A stretch of 64,000 nt of DNA from Eledone cirrhosa (taxonomy: Eukaryota): NCBI GenBank assembly GCA_964016885.1, contig OZ024748.1, positions 20,398,001-20,462,000 of the forward strand, written 5' to 3'. Made by a program: the position numbers and the translations under genes. Positions within the stretch are counted from its first letter, which is position 1. Each line of letters begins with the position of its first letter. Positions 1-12,618 of the stretch are shown here, in pieces. The notes below the pieces were generated by a model, which had not been told where the DNA came from, did no database searches, and saw only the letters and a program-made list of their open reading frames with translations.

Positions 1-452
1 ATGAAAGGCAAAGTTAACTTCGGCGGGATTTGAATGCGGAATGTAAAAGGCTGTAACTCTATGCTGCTAAGCATGTTATCCAAAGCTAATAATAATTGTT
101 TCTACTTTTGGCACAAGGCCAGCAATTACCCCAGTTCATTACTGGTGCTTTATTTTATTGATCCCGTAAGGATGAAAGGCAAAGTTAACTTCGGCGGGAT
201 TTGAATGCGGAATGTAAAAGGCTGTAACTCTATGCTGCTAAGCATGTTATCCAAAGCTAATAATAATTGTTTCTACTTTTGGCACAAGGCCAGCAATTAC
301 CCCAGTTCATTACTGGTGCTTTATTTTATTGATCCCGTAAGGATGAAAAGCAAAGTTAACCTCGGCGGGACTTGAACTCAAACCATAAAGGGCCATAACT
401 CTTTGCTGCAAAGTATGACATCAGACCCTCTACCAATACTGCCAATCCACCG
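1..452 (-). mobile_element. Tandem (171-bp period) copies of tRNA-derived SINE family A
   Basis: Three head-to-tail copies of the reverse complement of the family A consensus (B-box-like gagttcaaatccc; core cctttcatccttacggggtcgataaaataaagtaccag; tail tagaaacaattatt). Confidence 0.85.
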
Positions 453-525
453 ACTCTAATAATAACAATGTAGCTATTCCTGTACTTAGACAAAATATAA
501 GAGCAGCCATCCTTGACTGACTTAC

Positions 526-610
526 CTGTTGGTAGGCTTTCCTTTGCACGTACATACGGTATGTTGCTTGTGTTTGGATAAAGCCATTTTTGAGGACTTT
601 AACTTGCTTT
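526..610 (-). CDS. Internal exon encoding an IQ calmodulin-binding motif, probably the neck of an unconventional myosin
   Basis: Minus strand: tttttcag acceptor at 613-611 and CAG|gtaagt donor at 525. Open frame KQVKVLKNGFIQTQATYRMYVQRKAYQQ fits the [IVLT]QxxxRxxxxRxxY pattern. Confidence 0.75.
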
Positions 611-738
611 CTGAAAAAGTATCAAAATAAATAAATAAATATATAAATAAATAAATATATAAATAAACATTAATTCAAATTTAAATATTTTGGGGACCAA
701 TGCAAGTACTGGATCAAGAAGTCATTTTTATATTTTAA

Positions 739-885
739 CCCTTTATCATTTACATTACTCTATATTTACTATTTTATTTTGTGAACAATACCTTAACATC
801 AGTATGAGTGGCCGGTTACGGCTGCTTTGAACAGAAAGAGGTTAAAGAATTCTGGCTGGATATAGCCGGTTTAAATGTTAAAGGG
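739..885. mobile_element. piggyBac-type MITE
   Basis: TTAA on both sides; TIRs ccctttatcattt / aaatgttaaaggg; second copy at 12398-12618. Confidence 0.75.
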
Positions 886-1396
886 TTAAACTAAGTGTAG
901 ATGTAAACATGGAAAATAGACATTAAACTGTGATGATGGTGGTGGTGTTAATGGTGAGGAGGAGGAGGAGAAATATACAATATCCTAGGGATACCTTCTG
1001 CATGAATAACATATACTGTTGCGGCAAGAGTGAACATAAAATATCTTAGGGATGCCTTCTGCTTAAATAACATATGCTCTTGCTGCAAGAGTTGTCAAAA
1101 AAACATACAATTTTCTTAGGGATGCCTTCTGCATAAACAAACATATGCTCTTGCTTCAAGAGTTGTTGTAAAACATATGTTTTATGATACTATAGCCACC
1201 ATAAAAATCCAGATAGTTTTGAAGAGTAATATATCAACATTTTTATCATAGTTTAGTGAAAACTGTCATAATGGCAGACAAGTTATTTCATCATGTATTT
1301 CAGAGGTTATAACAAACAAACACACTAGCAGGCACTAAATCATCTGCTTTAAAAAATATTTCTCTTTCAAATGGTTTGATGTCAACAGCTTCATTT

Positions 1397-4300
1397 GCTG
1401 TGTACTTGTCTCTGTGTAACTCTACATACGTCTTTCTATTCCATTTTCTGTGTAACTCTACACATGACTTTCTATTCCATTTTCTGTGTGTCTGTGTAAC
1501 TTTACACATGTCTTTCTATTCCACTAGCTGTGTACTTGTATCTGTGTAACTTTACACATGTCTTTCTATTCCACTAGCTGTGTACTTGTGTCTGTGTAAC
1601 TCTACACATGTCTTTCTATTCCATTAGCTGTGTACTTGTCTCTGTGTAACTTTACACATGTCTTTCTATTCCACTAGCTGTGTACTTGTGTCTGTGTAAC
1701 TTTATCATGTCTTTCTATTCCACTAGCTGTGTACTTGTGTCTGTGTAACTCTACACATGTCTTTCTATTCCACTAGCTGTGTACTTGTGTCTGTGTAACT
1801 CTACACATGTCTTTCTATTCCACTAGCTGTGTACTTGTGTCTGTGTAACTTTACACATGTCTTTCTATTCCACTAGCTGTGTACTTGTGTCTGTGTAACT
1901 CTACACATGTCTTTCTATTCCACTAGCTGTGTACTTGTGTCTGTGTAACTCTACACATGTCTTTCTATTCCACTAGCTGTGTACTTGTGTCTGTGTAACT
2001 CTACACATGTCTTTCTATTCCACTAGCTGTGTACTTGTGTCTGTGTAACTTTACACGTCTTTCTATTCCACTAGCTGTGTACTTGTGTCTGTGTAACTTT
2101 ATCATGTCTTTCTATTCCACTAGCTGTGTACTTGTGTCTGTGTAACTCTACACATGTCTTTCTATTCCACTAGCTGTGTACTTGTGTCTGTGTAACTTTA
2201 CACATGTCTTTCTATTCCACTAGCTGTGTACTTGTGTCTGTGTAACTTTACACATGTCTTTCTATTCCACTAGCTGTGTACTTGTGTCTGTGTAACTCTA
2301 CACATGTCTTTCTATTCAACTAGCTGTGTACTTATGTCTGTGTAACTTTACACATGTCTTTCTATTCCACTAGCTGTGTACTTGTGTCTGTGTAACTTTA
2401 CACATGTCTTTCTATTCCACTAGCTGTGTACTTGTGTCTGTGTAACTTTACACGTCTTTCTATTCCACTAGCTGTGTACTTGTGTCTGTGTAACTCTACA
2501 CATGTCTTTCTATTCCATTAGCTGTGTACTTGTGTCTGTGTAACTTTACACATGTCTTTCTATTCCACTAGCTGTGTACTTGCGTCTGTGTAACTTTATC
2601 ATGTCTTTCTATTCCACTAGCTGTGTACTTGTGTCTGTGTAACTCTACACATGTCTTTCTATTCCACTAGCTGTGTACTTGTGTCTGTGTAACTTTATCA
2701 TGTCTTTCTATTCCACTAGCTGTGTACTTGTGTCTGTGTAACTTTACACATGTCTTTCTATTCCACTAGCTGTGTACTTGTGTCTGTGTAACTCTACACA
2801 TGTCTTTCTATTCCACTAGCTGTGTACTTGTGTCTGTGTAACTTTACACATGTCTTTCTATTCCACTAGCTGTGTACTTGTGTCTGTGTAACTTTACACA
2901 TGTCTTTCTATTCCACTAGCTGTGTACTTGTGTCTGTGTAACTCTACACATGTCTTTCTATTCCACTAGCTGTGTACTTGTGTCTGTGTAACTCTACACA
3001 TGTCTTTCTATTCCACTAGCTGTGTACTTGTGTCTGTGTAACTCTACACATGTCTTTCTATTCCACTAGCTGTGTACTTGTGTCTGTGTAACTCTACACA
3101 TGTCATTCTATTCCATTAGCTGTGTACTTGTGTCTGTGTAACTTTACACATGTCTTTCTATTCCATTAGCTGTGTACTTGTGTCTGTGTAACTCTACACA
3201 TGTCTTTCTATTCCACTAGCTGTGTACTTGTGTCTGTGTAACTCTACACATGTCTTTCTATTCCACTAGCTGTGTACTTGTGTCTGTGTAACTCTACACA
3301 TGTCTTTCTATTCCATTAGCTGTGTACTTGTGTCTGTGTAACTTTACACATGTCTTTCTATTCCACTAGCTGTGTACTTGTGTCTGTGTAACTTTACACA
3401 TGTCTTTCTATTCCACTAGCTGTGTACTTGTGTCTGTGTAACTCTACACATGTCTTTCTATTCCACTAGCTGTGTACTTGTGTCTGTGTAACTCTACACA
3501 TGTCTTTCTATTCCACTAGCTGTGTACTTGTGTCTGTGTAACTCTACACATGTCTTTCTATTCCACTAGCTGTGTACTTGTGTCTGTGTAACTTTACACA
3601 TGTCTTTCTATTCCACTAGCTGTGTACTTGTGTCTGTGTAACTCTACACATGTCTTTCTATTCCACTAGCTGTGTACTTGTGTCTGTGTAACTTTACACA
3701 TGTCTTTCTATTCCACTAGCTGTGTACTTGTGTCTGTGTAACTCTACACATGTCTTTCTATTCCACTAGCTGTGTACTTGTGTCTATGTAACTTTACACA
3801 TGTCTTTCTATTCCACTAGCTGTGTACTTGTGTCTGTGTAACTTTACACATGTCTTTCTATTCCACTAGCTGTGTACTTGTGTCTGTGTAACTTTACACA
3901 TGTCTTTCTATTCCATTAGCTGTGTACTTGTGTCTGTGTAACTCTACACATGTCTTTCTATTCCACTAGCTGTGTACTTGTGTCTGTGTAACTCTACACA
4001 TGTCTTTCTATTCCACTAGCTGTGTACTTGTGTCTGTCTAACTTTACACATGTCTTTCTATTCCACTAGCTGTGTACTTGTGTCTGTGTAACTTTACACA
4101 TGTCTTTCTATTCCATTAGCTGTGTACTTGTGTCTGTGTAACTTTACACATGTCTTTCTATTCCACTAGCTGTGTACTTGTGTCTGTGTAACTTTACACA
4201 TGTCTTTCTATTCCATTAGCTGTGTACTTGTGTCTGTGTAACTTTACACATGTCTTTCTATTCCACTAGCTGTGTACTTGTGTCTGTGTAACTTTACACA

Positions 4301-4460
4301 TGTCTTTCTATTCCACTAGCTGTGTACTTGTGTCTGTGTAACTTTATCATGTCTTTCTATTCCACTAGCTGTGTACTTGTGTCTGTGTAACTTTACACAT
4401 GTCTTTCTATTCCATTAGCTGTGTACTTGTGTCTGTGTAACTTTACACATGACTCTCTAT
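1397..4460. repeat. 50-bp minisatellite, about 60 copies
   Basis: Unit ctgtgtacttgtgtctgtgtaactttacacatgtctttctattccactag, highly homogeneous. Confidence 0.97.
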
Positions 4461-4532
4461 TGACAGCTTTCAGCTTTATAGGGAACCTAACGGGGTGCTA
4501 ACATTGCACTAAATGAAAGAGAAAAGCTCTAT

Positions 4533-5320
4533 GGTAGTTGTTGGTGATGGTGGGGCTGGAGGTGCTGGTGTTGTTGGTGGTGATGTTGTTGTTGTTGGTG
4601 GTGGCAGTGGTGGTGTTGGTGTTGTCGGTGGTGGAGTTGGAGGTGCTGTTGTTGGTGGTGATGTTGTTGTTGGCAGTGGTGGTGTTGGTGTTGTTGGTGA
4701 TGTTGGGAGGTGTTGTTGTTGGTGGTGTTGGGAGGTGTTGTTGTTGGTGGTGGTGGCAGTGGTGGTGTTGGTGGTGGCGGTGGTGCTGTTGTGGTGGTGG
4801 TGTTGGGAGGTGTTGTTGGTGTTGGTGTTGTTGGTGGTGGTGTTGGTGGTGGTGTTGGGAGGTGTTGTTGTTGGTGGTGGTGGGAGGTGATGTTGTTGGT
4901 GGTGGTGGTGGGGTTGGAGGTGCTGTTGTTGGTGGTGATGTTGTTGTTGTTGGTGGTGGGAGTTGTTGTTGGTGGTGGTGTTGGGAGGTGTTGTTGGTGG
5001 TGGTGTTGGGAGGTGTTGTTGGTGGTGGTGGTGTTGGGAGGTGTTGTTGGTGGTGGTGTTGGGAGGTGTTGTTGGTGGTGGTGTTGGGAGGTGTTGTTGG
5101 TGGTGGTGTTGGGAGGTGTTGGTGGTGGCGGCGTTGGTGGTGTTGGGAAGTGCTGTTGTTGGTGGTGGTGGTGGTGTTGGTGGTGTTGGGAGATGCTGTT
5201 GTTGGTGGTGGTGGTGGGGGTGGGGGTGATGTTGTTGTTGGTGGGGGGGGGGGGGTGTTATTGTTGTTGGTTGTAATGGTGGGTATGGTAGTGATGGTGA
5301 AGGAGGTGGTGTGGATGGTG
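4533..5320. repeat. (GGT/GTT)n low-complexity repeat with recurring tgttgggagg units
   Basis: G/T-only trinucleotide runs; source of the spurious ORFs at 4498-5350. Confidence 0.92.
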
Positions 5321-5436
5321 TTTCTTTCAGCTGCCACTAACAACAGGTAGATGGTATGGTAAATGGTAACAGTAGAAGTCTGTTAACAACTTAATCTGGA
5401 GTTGGTTTAAATTAGTTGCAGTAACAACCTTCCAAT

Positions 5437-5850
5437 GGAGGTGTGTGGCCTAGTGGTAAGGGTGTTGGACTTACAACCATAATGTTGTCGGTTTGATTCC
5501 TGGGCTGGGTTGTGTGTTGTGTTCTTGAGCAAAACACTTCATGAGTACCAACAATAGCTGGGCGGTTTAACCCTGCAGTGGACTGGTGTCCTGTCCAGTG
5601 GAAAGTCTTGTAATCTGAGTCACTTCAAACCATGGAAAAAGGGATAAGCTTTCTGGCTCAAAACAGACCTTAACACTGTGATAGAATGGTGTCCTGTCCA
5701 GGAGGAAGCTTTGTAATCTGTCTTGAGCCAGAAAGCTTATCCCTTTTTCCCTGTCCTGTCCAGGGGGAAGTCTTATAATCTGAGTTACTTCAAACCAGGA
5801 AAAAAGGGATAAGCCCCGGCCTAACAAACTTCTGGCTTAAAACAGACTTT
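5437..5850 (+). mobile_element. Degenerate tRNA/CORE-type SINE with duplicated 3' part
   Basis: ggaggtgtgtggcctagtggtaagg head; ttcttgagcaaaacactt CORE-like motif; ggtgtcctgtccag...ctggctcaaaacagac segment repeated. Confidence 0.55.
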
Positions 5851-6495
5851 AGATCTTTAGAACAACCTTGCTATTGATGATGATGCTACTAAAATACACC
5901 TGGTGCACTATGTAAAGTGAGTGTGTATGTGGGGGGGGGGGAGAGAATGTATGTAATGATATGCACACATAAACCCCTCTTTCTTCACTGACCCATCTGA
6001 GAAGTTAGTGCCAATTATATGTTGACTTGGCCTGTGACAATCTGCCCAAACCTTACAGGTATTAAATGATGATGATGATGATGATGATTATGTAGTGTGC
6101 ATATCTGTGTGTATGTGTGTGTGTGGGCATGTATATGTGTATATGTACGTATGTGTGTGTATGTGAGTGTATGTATGTGTTTATATACATGTGTGTGTGT
6201 GTGTGTGTAAGTATGTATATATGTATGTGTGTGAGTGTATGCATGCGTATGTGTGTATACGCATGTGTGTGTATGTGTGTATATACATGTGTGTGTATGC
6301 ATGCATGTGTGTCTAAGTATGCATATATGCAAGTGTGTGTGTATATATATATATGTGTGTATATATGTGTGTGTAAGTATGTATATATGTATGTGTGTAT
6401 ATATATATATATATATGTATGCATGTATATATATATATGTGTGTGTGTATGCATGTGTGTGTATGTGTGTATGTGTATATATTTATGTGTATATA

Positions 6496-6683
6496 TAATT
6501 GTTTCTACTTTAGGCACAAGGCCAGCAATTACCCAGTGCATTACTGGTACTTTATTTTATCGACCCCGTAAGGATGAAAGGCAAAGTCAACCTCGGCGGG
6601 ATTTGAACTCAGATCGTAAAGGACGTAACTATGCTGGAAAGCATGGCGTCCGACCCTCTACCGATACTGCCAATCCACCGCCC
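6496..6683 (-). mobile_element. Full-length SINE family A
   Basis: Complete consensus; atgtgtatatataat on both flanks (TSD-like). Confidence 0.88.
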
Positions 6684-7074
6684 TGTGTATGTGTATATAT
6701 AATAATACTATTTATAGTTATGTATTTAGTTTCATTATCAAATGAGAGTTTGGAAGAAACGATTGTCAGCTATTAAATAATTTGAACACAACTTTGATAA
6801 TTGTCTAATTTATTTATTATGTGTATATATATGCATGTATGTGTGTATGTATGTATGCATGTATGTTTTTGTGCATTGACAAGAAGTGTTCCAGCTGATA
6901 TTATCGATGAAATTAATGTACATATCTATAAATCACTGAACATTCCACAGACGTGTTACATTGATAATGTTCTGCACATTAGAGTGTTCTTATTTTTACA
7001 GTTGAATCAACTGGAGCAACGTAAAATAATTAGACTTGCTCAAGGACACTAGGGGCTATCAGAAATAAAACCCA

Positions 7075-7076
7075 CA

Positions 7077-7109
<33 letters not shown>

Positions 7110-7533
7110 GTAATGGTAGATAGATATGTTTCTTTATTTGCCACAAGGGTGCAAAAAGATGAGGACAAATACAGAGTGGGGGGTTTACATACGTGCGTGT
7201 AAAATATAGAATTAATAAAAATAACAAATAACAAATAACAATTAACAATTGAAATCCCCAATGGGGGGGGCGGGGGGCGTTACACATGGGTTGTACAACC
7301 CTCATCTCCAGGAGCACGAAGAGTGAGCGCTCCCTTCCTCTCTTTCCTCAACCTACAGGTTTATATAAAGAGAAGGTCCAACCACTCGGGCCATCCTTGA
7401 CACATAGGTAGATAGATAGAGTAATGGATATGTAAGTAGACAGATAGATAGATAGATTTCTTTATTTGCCACAAGGGCACACAAGAAAAGGGAACAATAC
7501 AAAGGACAGGTAGATAGATAGATGGAGAGATGG

Positions 7534-7565
<32 letters not shown>

Positions 7566-8760
7566 GTTTCTTTTATTTGCCACTAGGGCATCAAAAGTGG
7601 GACAAGTACAAAGGGGGGAGTTTACACAAAAAGGCGTCCTCAATAAGGAGGAGGCAATAACAAAATATAAAAATAAAATAAGATATAACAAAAAAATAAA
7701 ATTTATAACAAAATCCTCAATAGAGAGGAGGCGCCTTGGGGGGTCGCACACACCCCTGAAAAAAGTGTGCAACCCTTTTCCTCAGGAGCACAGAGAGGGG
7801 GTGCTCCCTCGTTCCTTCCTTTTTTCCACCTACAGGCTTATGTAAAGAGAAGGCCCATTCACACGGGCCATTCTCGCCACTTTCACCCACCTTTCATAAA
7901 AACGACTGGGGTGCAGCACCTCTCTCTCCATCCTGATCCTTCTTCCGAAATGATATCGGAAGAAACGGACCAGTTGTTGGCCAGAGAGAAAGGTGCCTGA
8001 CCTCAGTCCTTTCAGACGCGTCCACCATACAACCTCTTTCGCCATGGCTATTACGCACAGAAACACCGCCTCTGCTTCATCTTTGAAGGAGGGAGGCGGC
8101 TTGATCATTACAATAGACTCGGTGGTCAACCGGATCGGTCCCACCCTTGACAGCAGTTGTTCGACATAAAATAGATAGATAAATAGGTAGATAGATAGAG
8201 GAATAGATAGGTAGACAGATAGATAGATAGATTTCTTTATTTGCCACAAGGGCACACGAGAAAAGGGAACAATACAAAGGACAGGTAGATAGATAGATGG
8301 AGAGATGGAGAGATAGATAGATAGATAAATAGATAGATAAATAGGTAGATAGATAGAGGAATAGATAGGTAGATATATTTCTTTATTAGCACAGGACGCA
8401 CAAGAAAAGGGGACAATACAAAGACACATGCCAGGGATTTTAGTTAGATAGATAGATAGATATCTTTATTTATTTGCCACAAGGACATACAAAAAAATGG
8501 GACATTGCAAGCCGTGATGGCAGGGGTTTTACATAAAAACATAAAAATCTTTAACATTAATAAATTACAATAAACTATATATATAAAATAAAATAATCAA
8601 AATCCCAGGGGGGGGGGGTTACTGCAGGGTTGTTTTACACCCCGTAGATAGAACAACCCTCAACACCAGGAGCACGTTTTGTAGGTGTTCCTGTCTTCCT
8701 CAACCTACAGGTTTATATACAGAGAAGGCCCATTCACGTGATATGTAGGTAGGTAGATAC
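7075..8760 (-). mobile_element. Cluster of about six 5'-truncated Tx1/L1-like LINE 3' ends in a (GATA)n array
   Basis: Repeated terminus cccttgtggcaaataaagaaa followed by (TCTA)n. The 7830-8168 frame ...AKEVVWWTR...FFRYHFGRRIRMERE...FYERW resembles the C-terminus of L1/Tx1 ORF2. Confidence 0.72.
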
Positions 8761-8900
8761 AGAGATTTCGATCGACAAGATGCCAGGCCTCCTTCGATTA
8801 CCAAGTGGGGCTGGAACTCATCAAACTGAACCAAGGAAACAATGTTTCCTTTGGTATTTCCATTGTTAATACTATCTACTGGTTACAACTTCTGGTAGAA

Positions 8901-9243
8901 TACGGGAGTTGGCTGAAAATTTCATAGGCTGACTATGAAGGAGTGATGCTAGAGCTGTGAAATCTTGCATGTTAAAATTTCAACTACTTATTAATAACAA
9001 CATTGTTTCTTTCCAGGGTCTGTGTTGAAAAATAAACCTCATTTGGTCATTCCATGAGAGTATCTTTGTCAGGCTATAAAGGAGTGATGCTAGGGCTGTG
9101 AAATCTTGCATGTGCAAATTTCAACTCTACTTATTAATAAGTACATTGTTTCTTTCCAGGGTCTATGTTGAAAAATAAATCTCATTTGGTCATTCCATGA
9201 GAGTATCTTGGTCAGTCTATAAATATTTCTGCTGACCCTCATA
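8901..9243. mobile_element. Mariner-derived MITE with internal tandem duplication
   Basis: TA flanks; degenerate TIRs cgggagttggctgaaaatttcataggctgac / gtcagtctataaatatttctgctgaccctc; about 140-bp internal direct repeat. Confidence 0.65.
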
Positions 9244-9508
9244 TAGTGCCGAGAGTCTAATGAATGTTTGTCATAAGTAAGGTAACAAGATTACATAGCC
9301 AGAAATATAATCCTGTTTACTTTAACCTTAGAGGTAGGTCTGTTACTGTCTCAGGGCAGGTTTCCATGTCAGTGTGTATGTAACATTTTTTAAAACAATA
9401 TCTCACACACACACATATATATATACACACACACATATATACACACATACACGCACATATATATATACACACACATACACATATATACATACACACACAT
9501 ATATATAG

Positions 9509-9539
<31 letters not shown>

Positions 9540-9685
9540 CATATACACACAGACACATATATATATATATATATTGGTGTGTGTGTTTGTAGATCATGAA
9601 AGATTGTGACAAGATCATGAAAGATTGTGACAAGTGGCAAAGGTACTGTGAGACCCGAAATAACATCAAATGATCACGATCACCA

Positions 9686-9718
<33 letters not shown>

Positions 9719-9924
9719 CTCCCTCTCTCTCTATATACATGTGTGTGTGTGTATGTACGCAGTATGCAAAAAGTAAACAGAAATAAAAAGCAAATGACAC
9801 AGTACAATGAAGAAATATATTAGTTTAACAGTTTTATATAGTACGAAGATAAGTCTTAACATAGTCACTAGTCCTTCATACACATATACACACACACATA
9901 CATATATATATATATAATATATTA

Positions 9925-10156
9925 ACAAATGGAAACTATATTTATAAAACCATATTTATTTTATTATACATATTTCAAGGGCCACCAAGGCAAATTATGG
10001 TGCGCTTTCATCAGATAAAATACAATACAGATTAGTTTGATAAATAAATATTGACATACCCTGAAAAAAAGACAACCTTACCAGTGAGAGCTTCCTGGAC
10101 AGTGCTTTATATTTTTAAGCTTGTTGGATCCCAACAAATTAAATATAACCTCTGCA
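9925..10156. mobile_element. Penelope-like terminal fragment with internal inversion
   Basis: Homologous to 20330-20720; the ribozyme part is on the minus strand and the terminal part on plus; flanked by (TA)n. Confidence 0.65.
9957..10022 (-). ncRNA. Minimal type I hammerhead ribozyme motif
   Basis: UAUUUUAU CUGAUGA [stem II aagcgcacca..ugguggcccuu] GAAAU AUGU AUA AUAAAAUA; stem I is 8 bp. Confidence 0.72.
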
Positions 10157-10177
10157 TATATATATATATATACATAT

Positions 10178-10400
<223 letters not shown>

Positions 10401-10621
10401 GTGTATAAATGATAAGAAACATTTACTGATACAATGGTTCCATGGTAGAGTCTGATATTTATATATATATGTGTTTATATATATATGTGTGTGTGTGCAT
10501 GTGTGTGCATACGTGTGCATGTTACTTAACTGGTACTTGGCTTTTGACAATACTAATGAATCAGCAATGATTACCCAACATAAGTGAAACTCAAGTACCA
10601 TGTAATGATTGATGAATGAAT

Positions 10622-10658
<37 letters not shown>

Positions 10659-10660
<2 letters not shown>

Positions 10661-10737
10661 GGGTGACCCGAAAAATAGATACACACTTTTATTAGAATGC
10701 TGTTGAAGTGTGCATACATTTTTTGTGGGACACCCTG
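10659..10737. mobile_element. Tiny Tc1/mariner-type MITE
   Basis: TIRs cagggtg..ccc..aaaa / tttt..ggga.caccctg. Confidence 0.55.
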
Positions 10738-10874
10738 TGTATATAGACATGCATATATACATTCATACAGATATATATATATATTGTTATATTTTATGAG
10801 GGTCAGGCTGCCAATTAAAACACAGACCCCTGTGGAGTTTCACTTCAGTTTTTATTATCTGACAAGTAATTAGG

Positions 10875-11265
10875 TGGTGAATTGGTAGTATTGGTAGCGA
10901 GTTAGACATCATGCTTTCTTGCATATAGTTACAACCCTTTACATTCTGAGTTCAAAACCCACTGAGGTTAGCTTTGATTTCATCTTTACAGAGTTTGATC
11001 ATAAAGGACCGTAACTCTTTGCTGCAAAGCATGGCGTCTGACCCTAAATGGTTTCTAATTCAGGCACAAGGCCTGGGGAAAGTCAGTTTAAGGGGAGGGG
11101 AAAGTCAATTAAATCAACCCCACTGCATTACTGGTACTTTATTTTCTGAGTTCAAATCCTGTTGAGGTTAACTTTATTTTATCAACCCCGTAAGGATGAA
11201 AGGCAAAGTACCAGTAATACACTAGGATAATTGCTGGCCTTGTGCCAAAAGTAGAAACAATTATT
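10875..11265. mobile_element. Rearranged SINE family A fragments
   Basis: Pieces of the consensus in both orientations; central core inverted at 11171-11209. Confidence 0.7.
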
Positions 11266-11552
11266 AAGGTGGTTTAGTCAGGTAACTAATCCAATCATTG
11301 GTTGGTTTAGAAACCGGATGTTTAGTAATTGTTCTTTTGTCACACAACCTGTAACCTTTTCAGCTGGTGATTAGATAATAACTCACCTGACTAATAACAA
11401 AAAACTGAAGTGAAACTCAGCAGGTGTGGCGTGTTTTTTTGGCAACATGACGTACCCAAAGCATAACAATACCTGTTACAACACAAGATTTCACATCAAG
11501 AATTTTGTAAAACAAAGACAAACATTTTTTTTTTTTTTTTTTTAATATATAT

Positions 11553-11632
<80 letters not shown>

Positions 11633-11656
11633 ATATATATATATATATATATATAT

Positions 11657-11993
11657 AGGCACATGGCTTAGTGGTCTTGCAATCGAAAGGTTGTGAGTTC
11701 AATTCTCAGACCGGGTGATGTGTTGTTTCCTTGAGCAAGACACTTTATTTCACATTGCTCCAGTTTACTCAGCTGTAGAAATGAGATGATAGGGCCTGGG
11801 GTCCATATCATTCCACTGCAAAGTGGTCGTGGAGGTGCCACGGCAAAAAAAAAAAGCACCCACCACTCACTGTAAATGAGGTTGGTGTTAGGAAGGGCAC
11901 CCAGCTGTAGAAATCAAGCCAGAATCAGTTCCCGTCACACCCTTGCAAGCAGGGAAAAAGCAGACGTAAAATGAAATGATGTAATGATGATGA
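11657..11993 (+). mobile_element. tRNA-derived CORE-type SINE family B with RTE-derived tail
   Basis: ggcacatggcttagtgg A-box-like head; gagttcaatt B-box-like; ccttgagcaagacacttt CORE-like; (GAT)n tail. Confidence 0.85.
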
Positions 11994-12397
11994 TAATATA
12001 TATACATATATTTATCATCGTTTAACAACTATTTTCCACATTAGCATGGCTTAGTCGGATATACATATATATATATCATCATTACCATTATTTTACACCT
12101 GCTTTTCCATTCATGCATGGGTAACATATGTAATATATAGATATAGATAGATAGATAGATAGTTACACAAGTTTATAGTCTGTTTAACCTAGCTATGTGC
12201 CTAGTCAGCACCATAAATTCATATACATAAATGTGAAAAAAATCTAACTCTGTTAACAATATCAACTCCAGAAAATAATAACTGACTAGGCCATGTTTAT
12301 GAAACAACTAAACTGATAATAGTTATAGCTATAACATCAACTTTATTTTTGATAGACTTTACCCTCACCCAGTTTTTCACTACCACTCAGTCCTTAA

Positions 12398-12618
12398 CCC
12401 TTTAGCATTTGCATTACTCTGTATTTACTCTTGTATTTTTGCAGTAAATGTTTTATCTCACATAATTATCTCTCATAATATCGAATCTATGAGATATTGA
12501 TGTTATTTATTTTGAGAACAATACCTTAACATCAATATGAATGGCTAGTTATAGCTAATTTGAACAGCAAGAGGTGAGAAAATTCTGGCCGGATATGGCC
12601 GGTTTAAATGCTAAAGGG
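12398..12618. mobile_element. piggyBac-type MITE
   Basis: TTAA flanks; perfect TIRs ccctttagcattt / aaatgctaaaggg. Confidence 0.8.

Noticed and set aside
4498-5350. Pro/His/Thr-rich or Gly/Val-rich protein
   Set aside because: Open in many frames because of GGT/GTT repeats; no splice or domain support
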